From the NCBI GenBank assembly GCA_963746995.1, contig CAVVDF010000006.1, forward strand, positions 100,993 to 164,992: 64,000 bases of DNA. The letters run 5' to 3'. This DNA comes from an uncultured Actinomycetes bacterium (GTDB lineage Bacteria > Actinomycetota > UBA4738 > HRBIN12). The notes beneath the pieces are model-generated. The model ran no database searches. It saw nothing but the letters and a program-made list of their open reading frames with translations, and was not told where the DNA came from. This document shows positions 56,255 to 64,000 of this stretch, piece after piece. The position numbers were made by a program, and so were the translations under genes. Numbering within the stretch: the stretch's first letter is position 1; each line of letters starts with the position of its first letter.

Positions 56255-58249
56255 GCGGTGCTCCTTCCTCGGGTGGAACGACGGCGGCGGCCGCCTCCGG
56301 CGGCCGCCGCCTCACGGGCGGGAAGCTCGACGTGCGCGCCGAGGCGCGGGAACGGATCGGTGGCGTGCGGGATCCCCATCGCGCCGACGAAGTGCTCCTG
56401 GAACCGCGGCTCGGTGGCGGTCTCGATCTTCTCGACGCGCCGGACGACCTCCTCGATCTCCTCGCGGGCGGCGCGGTTGAGCAACGCGATCCGGGCGCCG
56501 GTGCCGGCGGCGTTGCCGGCGCTCGTCACGTTCGCGGGCTCGCAGTCCGGGACCAAGCCGAGCACCATCGCGTGCACCGGGTCGATATGCGCGCCGAACG
56601 CGCCGGCGAGCCGGATCCGATCGACGGTCTCGATGCCGTAGTGGTCCATCAGCAGGCGGCAGCCCGCGTAGAGGGCCCCCTTCGCCAGCTGGATCTGGCG
56701 GACGTCGTTCTGGGTGAGCACGAGGCGCGGCTCGGCCTCGTGGATCACGTAGGCGTACGTGCGGCCGTCCTCGATGACGCGGTCGGTGCGTTCGGCCGCG
56801 GCGGCATCGATCACGCCGTCGGTGGTGAGGACGCCGGCGAGGTAGAGCTCGGCGATCAGCTCGATGATGCCGGAGCCCGCGACGCCGGTCGGTGTCGGCG
56901 CGCCCGGCTCGTCGGACCAGACGTCGCTGCCGATCGTGCGGTAGCGCAGCGCGAGCGTGTCGCGGTCGATGCGCACGCGCTCGATCGCCCCCGGCGCCGC
57001 CCGCTGCCCGCTCGAGATCTGCGCGCCCTCGAACGCAGGGCCGGTGGGGCTCGACGCGGCGAGCAGCCGATCGCGGTTCCCGAGCACGATCTCGGCGTTC
57101 GTGCCGACGTCGACGATGAGGTTGACGGCGTCCTGATCGTGCGGCGCCTCCGACAGGATCACGCCCGCCGTGTCGGCGCCGACGTGGCCGGCGATCAGCG
57201 GCAACGCGTACACGCGCGCGCCGGGGTTCGCCGTCGACGCCGAGATCGCGCGCCGGCACGGTCAGCGCCTCGTCGGTCACGAGCGCGAACGGCGCGCCGC
57301 CGAGCTCGGTCGGGTCGAACCCGAACACGAGGTGATGCATGATCGGGTTCCCGACGACGACGAGCTCGAGGATGTCGTCGCGCGACGCGTCGGCCTGCTC
57401 GCAGAGCTCTCCCACCAGCTGGTCGAGGCAGCTCCCGCACGGCCGCGGTCAGCTCGACCTCGCCGCCCGGGTGCATCATCACGTAGCTCACCCGGCTCAT
57501 CAGGTCCTCGCCGAACCGGATCTGCGGGTTCATCGCGCCGGCGCTCGCGAGCACGTCGCCGGTGTGCAGATCGCACAGGTGCCCCGCCACCGTCGTCGAG
57601 CCGACGTCGAACGCCACCCCCAGCGCGACATCGTGGAACCCGGGGAACACCGCGGTGATCAGCGAGCCGTCGCGCACTGCCACCGTGGCGGTCCAGGCGC
57701 CGGCGCGGAGGGTCTGCTGCAGTCCGGGCAGCACGACTGGGTTCGACTGCAAGCCGGTCAGCGCCCAGTCGCGCTCGAGCGCCGCGAACAGGCGCTGGAG
57801 GTCGCCGCTCGGCGTCTCGAGCGACGGCTCATCGACCTCGACGTAGTGCAGCCGCACCACCGGGTCGACCTCGATCGGGTGCGCGTCGGCCTCCTTGCGC
57901 ACGACCTGCCGGTGGATCTGCGACTCCGGCGGCACGTCGATCACGAGATCGCCGCAGATCTTGGCGTGGCAGCCGAGGCGGCGATCGGCCGCCAGCCCGT
58001 CGCGCTCTCGGTAGCGCTCCTCGGGCTCGGTGAACGCGATCAGGTGGTCGGCCGCGCTCGTGATGCCGTGCTTCGGGAACGAGCCCTCCATCGGCACGAC
58101 CTGGCAGCGGCCGCAGATCCCGCGTCCGCCGCAGACGGAGTCGAGGTCGACGCCGAGGGAACGAGCCGCGTCCAGCACGCTCGCGCCGTCGGCGACCTCG
58201 CCGCGGCGGCCCGACGGCGTGAAGACGATCGTGTGGCGGGCGCGCTCAC
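56251..58249 (-). pseudogene. RACo-type reductive activator of corrinoid protein (N-terminal 2Fe-2S ferredoxin + ASKHA ATPase domain), at least 3 frame disruptions
   Basis: 'DLDSVCGGRGICGRCQV' plant-type ferredoxin motif. 'VAFDVGSTTVAGHLCDL' ASKHA phosphate-1. 'LIVDVGTNAEIVLGN'. ATGA overlap with the mttB-like start. Confidence 0.65.
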
Positions 58250-59173
58250 GACTCCGCCTGCGTGCCCAGCCGTGCTGCGCGGCCGCCGCGGCGGCGGCCA
58301 GCCACCCTCGGCGGCTGTCGGCGGCCGCGCGATCCGCGTACCGGCGGATCCACGCCTCCGCGTGCGCGTCGGTTCCCATCAGCACGTCGGCGGCCATCGT
58401 CGCCTGCTTCACCTCCTCATGCAGCGGCGACGTGATCGCGCTCGTCATGCCGCACGCGATCGCCATCGACAGGAACGCGCCGTTGATCCCGTTGCGGTTC
58501 GGCAAGCCCGAACGACACGTTCGAGGCGCCGCAGGTCGTGTTCACGCCGAGCTCGTCCTGCAGCCGCCGCACCAAGCGGAACACCTGCTGGCCCGCCGTG
58601 CGCATCGCGCCGATCGGCATCACGAGCGGGTCGACGACGACGTCGTGCGCGGGGATGCCGTGGTCGGCCGCCGCGTGCACGATCTTCTCCGCGATCCCGA
58701 ACCGCACGTCGGGGTCCTCGCTGATGCCGGTCTCGTCGTTCGTGATCGCGACGACCGCGGCGCCGTACTTCGCGACGAGCGGCAAGCACGCTCTCGATCC
58801 GCTCGTCCTCACCGGTCACCGAGTTGACGAGCGGCTTGCCCTGATAGACGGCGAGCCCCGCCTCGAGCGCGGCGACGATCGAGGAGTCGATCGACAGCGG
58901 CAGGTCGGTGAGCGACTGCACGAGCTTGACGGTCTCGGCGAGGATGCCGGGCTCGTCGGCGAGCGGGATACCGGCGTTCACGTCGAGCATGTGCGCGCCC
59001 GCGCGCACCTGCGCGTCGACGTCGGCGATCACGGTCGAGAAGTCGCCGGCGGCCATCTCGGCGGCGAGCTTCTTCCGGCCGGTCGGGTTGATCCGCTCCC
59101 CGATGATCGTGAACGGCCGGTCCGAACCGATCACGTGCTCCCGGGTCGCGGAGGAGACGAGCGTGTCGGCCAT
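58246..59173 (-). pseudogene. pterin-binding methyltransferase (methylcorrinoid:tetrahydrofolate methyltransferase, MtgA/MtrH-like), at least 2 frame disruptions
   Basis: 'FTIIGERINPTGRKK', 'GAHMLDVNAG', 'VNSVTGE', 'GLPNRNGINGAFLSMAIACGMTSAI'. Confidence 0.65.
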
Positions 59174-59362
59174 CAGGTGGAGCACCCGTGTCGCATACGA
59201 GTGATGATGGCGTCTGGCGTTGCGCCTTCAACGCGCACGTTGCGCATCCGGCAACGGCAGGTCGGACGGCACCTCGGAACGTCGGCTGCCAGCCCCGCGT
59301 GATGAGCAAAGCGAACCATCGTCAGATACTGATGGCAGCGTTCGACCGAGGGAGGCACGAAG

Positions 59363-60273
59363 ATGGATCAGACGCCGATCCCGACGGACGGCTCGCCCTC
59401 CGCATGCACGCGCCCGGTGACCCGCCGGTCTCGCTCTGGACGCACTGCCGGTGCCGCCGTTGGACCGGGCGAGGCGCTCGTCCGGGTCCGGGCGGCCGCC
59501 ATCACGCGCGACGAACTCAGCTGGCCGGTGGACCGTCTTCCCGCGATCCCGTCCTACGAGGTGTCCGGCGTCGTGGTCGCGGTCGCGCCCGATGTCCGGA
59601 CCTGCGCGGTCGGCGACGCGGTATTCGCGCTGACGCCGTTCGACCGCGACGGCGTGGCCACGACGTACGCCTCCGTACCGCCGCATGCCCTCGCGCCCAA
59701 ACCGGCCGCACTCGACGACGTTCGAGAGCGCCGCCGTGCCGATGGCGGGGCTCACCGCGTGGCAAGGGCTCTTCGCGATCGGGGAGCTGCAGCGGGGGAA
59801 CGGGTGCTGATCCACGGCGCTGCCGGCGGGGTCGGACACATCGCGACCCAACTTGCCATCTGGCGGGGCGCGTACGTGATCGGGTCCGCAACGGGCGCCG
59901 GGGTGGAGGCAGCGCGCGCGCTGGGTGCCCACGAAGCGATCGATCGAGCCACTTGGCGGTTGGACGACGTCGCGCCGGTCGACCTCGTGTTCGACACCGT
60001 CGGCGGCGACATGCTCGCTCGCTCCCCCGAGATCCTCGCGAAGACCGGCAGGCTCGTGTCGATCGCCGAGGAGATGCCCGAGGGTGTCGCCGGGTCCTAT
60101 TTCATCGTCGAGCCCGATCACGAACAACTCCTGGAGCTCGGCAGGCTCGCCGACGCTGGGGCGATCGCGCCGCGATCGACTCGGTGTTCCCGCTCGCCGA
60201 CGCCGAGAAGGCGTTCGAACGCGTCATGTCCCCGGGCAAACAGGGGAAGGTCGTCTTGGAGGTCCAGGCGATG
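59363..60273 (+). pseudogene. zinc-binding alcohol dehydrogenase / NADPH:quinone reductase family oxidoreductase, at least 3 frame disruptions
   Basis: 'GPGEALVRVRAAAI', 'RVLIHGAAGGVGHIATQLA', C-terminus 'KAFERVMSPGKQGKVVLEV'. Confidence 0.6.
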
Positions 60274-61056
60274 ACGACACAGGCAGAGAAAGGTGCCGCC
60301 TTCCGGGCGCTCCACCTGAGCGAACCGTTCGTGATCCCGAACCCGTGGGACGCGGGGTCCGCCCGCGTGCTCAAGGGCTGGGCTTCCGTGCACTCGCCAC
60401 GACGAGCTCAGGGGCCGCGTTCACCCTCGGCAAACCCGACGGCGCCATGACGATCCGACGAGATGGCCGCGCACGTAGCCGCGATCGCCAGCGGCGACCG
60501 ACATCCCGTTGTCCGTGGACCTCGAGAACGGCTACGGACCGTCTCCGCACGATGCGGCCACCGCGATCGTCCAGGCTGCTGCGGCCGGCGCCGTCGGCGG
60601 GTCGATCGAGGACTGGGACCGCGAGGGATACCTCTACCCGATCGAGCACGCGACCGAGCGGATCGCAGCCGCCGCGGAGGCAGCTCGCGGATCGTCGGTG
60701 CCGTTCGTGTTGACGGCTCGAGCCGAGAACCACATCCGCGGCAACCACAGACCTGGATGACACCATCCAGCGGCTGACACTCCTATGCGGCCGCCGGAGC
60801 CGACGTGCTGTTCGCGCCGGGTCTTCGAGGCATGGACGATATCCGTCGGCTGTGTGCGGCCGTCGACAAGCCCGTGAACGTCCTCGCGCAGCCGGGGATG
60901 TCGATGGCGGAGATCGTGGCTGCGGGGGCGCAACGTGTAAGTGTGGGCGGCGGGCTCACCTGGACGGCGGCGACGGCGATGATGGAAGCCGCGACCGCGA
61001 TCCGCGACCGAGGCGACTTCTCGGGGCTCGGCCGCAGGTCCTCGCTCCCCGAGTAG
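60271..61056 (+). pseudogene. isocitrate lyase / PEP mutase family protein (2-methylisocitrate-lyase-like), at least 3 frame disruptions
   Basis: 'FRALHLSEPFVIPNPWDAGSARVL', 'DLENGYG', C-terminus 'MLFAPGLRGMDDIRRLCAAVDKPVNVL'. Confidence 0.6.
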
Positions 61057-61104
61057 CGAGGGCCCTGCCAGACCGCACGAACGGGGTGACGCGATACGTT
61101 GCCC

Positions 61105-61452
61105 TCAGTCCGCGCTCGGACGGATCGCCTCGACCTCACCTGCCACGTCCTCGCCGCCCTTGTAGCCGCCGGCTCGGATCGCCTGTTTGAGCGCGTCCTC
61201 GGTCCACTCGGCAAGCACCGCTTCCTCGGCCGCGCTCGCCTCGGCCTCGAGGTCCTCGCCGACCGCGCTGCGGTCCATCGCCATCTGCTCGGTGTAGTCG
61301 TCGGAGCCGATCAGGCCCGCCACCATCGCAGCCGCGTCGACGGCCTCCTGGAACCGCTCGGGCAGCAGCCGACGCGCCGAGCCGCCCGCGTCGTCGCGCA
61401 CGACGATCTGCATCGGGATGTCGCGCCACTTGATCACCGTGAGCTCGGCCAT
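61105..61452 (-). CDS. hypothetical small protein (115 aa) immediately downstream of the corrinoid protein gene
   Basis: ATG 61452 lies 2 nt after the corrinoid-protein stop. 'MAELTVIKWRDIPMQIVVRDD...'. Confidence 0.45.
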   Translation of the reverse strand: MAELTVIKWRDIPMQIVVRDDAGGSARRLLPERFQEAVDAAAMVAGLIGSDDYTEQMAMDRSAVGEDLEAEASAAEEAVLAEWTEDALKQAIRAGGYKGGEDVAGEVEAIRPSAD

Positions 61453-61454
61453 CC

Positions 61455-62153
61455 CTAGGCCACCCCCGCAGCGGCGCGCTTGGCCATCACGAGCGCCTGC
61501 GCCGTCTCGGCCGCCACCGCCGCATCGCGGCAATACGCGTCGGCGCCGACCGCCTTGCCGAACTCCTCGTTCAGCGGCGCCCCACCGACCATGACGATGT
61601 ACTTCTCGCGAAGACCCTTCGCCTCGAGCTCGTCGATCACGACCTTCATGTACGGCATCGTCGTGGTGAGCAGGGCGCTCATCCCCAGGATGTCGGGCTG
61701 ATGTTCCTCGAGCGCCGCCAAGTAGTTCTCGACCGGGTTGTTGATGCCGAGGTCGACGACCTCGAACCCGGCGCCCTCGAGCATCATCGCGACGAGGTTC
61801 TTGCCGATGTCGTGGATGTCGCCCTTCACGGTGCCGATCACGACGGTGCCCACCCGCTCGGCGCCCGTCTCCGCGAGCAACGGCCGCAGCAGGGCCATGC
61901 CCGCCTTCATCGCGTTCGCCGCGAGCAGCACCTCCGGCACGAACAAGATGCCGTCGCGGAAGTCGATGCCGACGATCCGCATGCCCTCGACCAGCGCGTC
62001 GTTCAAGACGCGGTCCGCCGCCCAATCCCGGTCGAGCAGGATCTGCGTGCCCTCTGCGATCTCGTCGGCCAATCCGTCGTAGAGGTCGTCGTGCATCTGC
62101 TTCACGAGGTCCTCGTCGGACAACGCGGACAGCACGATCTCGTCGTCGCTCAT
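61455..62153 (-). CDS. cobalamin (corrinoid)-binding protein, MtgC/MttC-like
   Basis: Intact 232 aa. B12-binding 'GTVKGDIHDIGKNLV' (DxHxxG) and an N-terminal cap helix domain. Confidence 0.85.
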   Translation of the reverse strand: MSDDEIVLSALSDEDLVKQMHDDLYDGLADEIAEGTQILLDRDWAADRVLNDALVEGMRIVGIDFRDGILFVPEVLLAANAMKAGMALLRPLLAETGAERVGTVVIGTVKGDIHDIGKNLVAMMLEGAGFEVVDLGINNPVENYLAALEEHQPDILGMSALLTTTMPYMKVVIDELEAKGLREKYIVMVGGAPLNEEFGKAVGADAYCRDAAVAAETAQALVMAKRAAAGVA

Positions 62154-62158
62154 GTTCC

Positions 62159-64000
62159 TCAGCCCTTCAGTCGTTCACCCTTGGGATCGAACAGCGGATC
62201 GGCCGTGACCGTCGCGGCGTACCGCACGCCGAAGTACTCGACCTCGACCGGCGTGGCCTCTACCGCGATCGCGGCCGGCAGATAGCCATAGACGATGCCT
62301 CGCCCGATCGAGAACCCGTAGTTCGCGCTCGTCACGTAGCTCACGACCCGGCCGTCGTGCCAGATCGGCTCCTTGCCCAGCACCACCGTCCGCGGGTCGT
62401 CGAACGTCATCGCGACCAGCCGCTTCGCCGGTCCCTCGTCGCGGATCCGCTCCAATGCCGGCTTGCCCTGGAAGTCCTTGTCCCACTTCATCGCGAAGCC
62501 GAGACCCGCGCTGATCGGGTCGTACTCGGGGTTGATGTCCTGTCCCCACAGGCGATAGCCCTTCTCCAGCCGAAGCGAGTCGAAGGCGCCGAGCCCCGCA
62601 GCGATCAGCCCGTGCTCGCGTCCGGCCTCCCACACCGTGTCCCAGAGCCGTTGACCCATCTCGACCTGCCCGTACAGCTCCCAGCCGAGCTCGCCGACGT
62701 AGCTGATCCGCTGGGCATAGATCGGGGTCTCGCCGACGTTGATCTTGCGCCACGTCATATACGGGAACGCATCGTTCGACAGGTCGTCGTCGGTCGACCG
62801 CTTGCACGATGTCGCGTGCTCGCGGTCCCCAGATCCCGAGCGTGAAGGACTGGCCCGTCCGGTCCTCGATCGTCGACCCGCTCGTCGTCGCGTTGCTGCG
62901 CCCGGATCCACGCTTGGTCGTGCATGCCGGAGCCGCCGCCGGTGACCAGCTGGAACGCGTCGTCGTCGAGCCGCGCGATCACCACGTCGCAGCGGATCCC
63001 GCCGTGCGCGGTCAGCACACTCGTGTACACGAGCGAGCCCACCGCGCGATCCATCCTGTTCGTACAGAGACGCTCGAGGAACGACAGAGCGTCGGGGCCA
63101 TGGATCAGGAGCTTCACGTACGGCGTGATGTCGAACAGCCCGGCGCGCTCGCGGACCGCAAGGTGTTCACCGCCCTCGATCGGCGACCATTCCCTGGCTG
63201 CCCAGCCGCCGCGGCGCGCCCACTCGTGCGTCACGCCCTCCACGTCCTCGCGGTTCGCATCGAACCACTGCGGACGCTCCCAACCGGCGCCGGTGACGAA
63301 GTGAGCCCCGAGCTCCGCGTGTCGCGCGTGGAACGGCGTCAGCCGAAGGCCACGCGGTTTCGCCGGCTGTTGCCGCGGGTGCAGGATGTCGTAGACCTCG
63401 CGGTACTGCTGCTTCCCTCGCTCGATCACGTACGGCGCCGTCGTTTGGAACGGATAGAACCGGTTCGCGTCGGCCTCGGCCAGGTCGTAGCTCGGCTCGC
63501 CGTTCACCATCCATTCGACCGCTTGCCGAGCCATGCCGCCGGCGTGCGTGACCCAGACCGCCTCGCAGACCCAGATGCCGCGCGTGGTTGCGCTCTCCCC
63601 GACAACCGAGCCGGCATCCGGCGTGAACGAGAACATCCCGTTGAGGGTGCGCTCCGGGTCGCTCGGCCGGGTCGTCCCCGCGAGCGCGGGGAACATCCGC
63701 AACGTCTCCGCCTCGCACAGATCGAAGTCATCGGGTGTGAACGGCATCAGCGAGGGCTGCATCGCGGCGCCGGGTGCCCGGATGTCACCCTGCGGGGTGA
63801 CGATCGGCTCGTGCCGGTAGTTGCCGACGCCGAAGTGGTCGTCGCGCTGGCGGAAGTAGAGCGACATGTCCTGGTGGCGCACGACCGGCTGCTCCGCCCA
63901 GTCGAGCCCGCCAAGTACGGGTACGGGGTCGGTCCACACGAGCTGGTGCTGCACCGCGACGAGCGGGATCGGCACGTCCGCCATCGCGCCGACGGTCGGA
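62159..64000 (-). pseudogene. second dimethylglycine oxidase/dehydrogenase-family gene (FAD + GcvT-like domains), 5'-truncated by the window edge, one frame disruption near 62900
   Basis: 'GLFDITPYVKLLIHGPDALSFLERLCTNRMD' and C-terminus 'FGVRYAATVTADPLFDPKGERLKG'. The ORF is still open at 63984. Confidence 0.7.

Overview
High-GC (~70%) chromosomal segment with actinobacterial-type codon usage, dense on both strands. There are no rRNA or tRNA genes, no CRISPR array and no obvious mobile element. Three themes dominate. (1) Small-molecule transport and catabolism: an FNT channel, an ABC-2 exporter, tandem amidohydrolases, acyl-CoA dehydrogenases and an ADP-forming acetyl-CoA synthetase. (2) A beta-alanine/polyamine-type set: mmsA, ald, a class-III aminotransferase and a PotDBCA-like ABC importer. 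(3) A strong concentration of methylated-amine (one-carbon) demethylation genes. These are two dimethylglycine-oxidase-like genes, a heterotetrameric sarcosine oxidase operon (soxB-D-A-G), a stand-alone GcvT-family protein, an MTHFR-like gene, and a corrinoid-dependent methyltransferase system (MttB-family methyltransferase, corrinoid protein, pterin-binding methyltransferase and a RACo-type reductive activator). Regulators present are TetR, ROK, IclR and AraC. A striking technical and biological feature is that more than half of the recognisable genes have their reading frame broken one to several times, at least once at a homopolymer run. These are listed as pseudogenes because that is what the sequence shows, but uncorrected indel errors in the assembly are an equally likely explanation, in which case they are ordinary CDSs. 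Coordinates of frame-disrupted genes are approximate (+/- tens of nt at the uncertain end).
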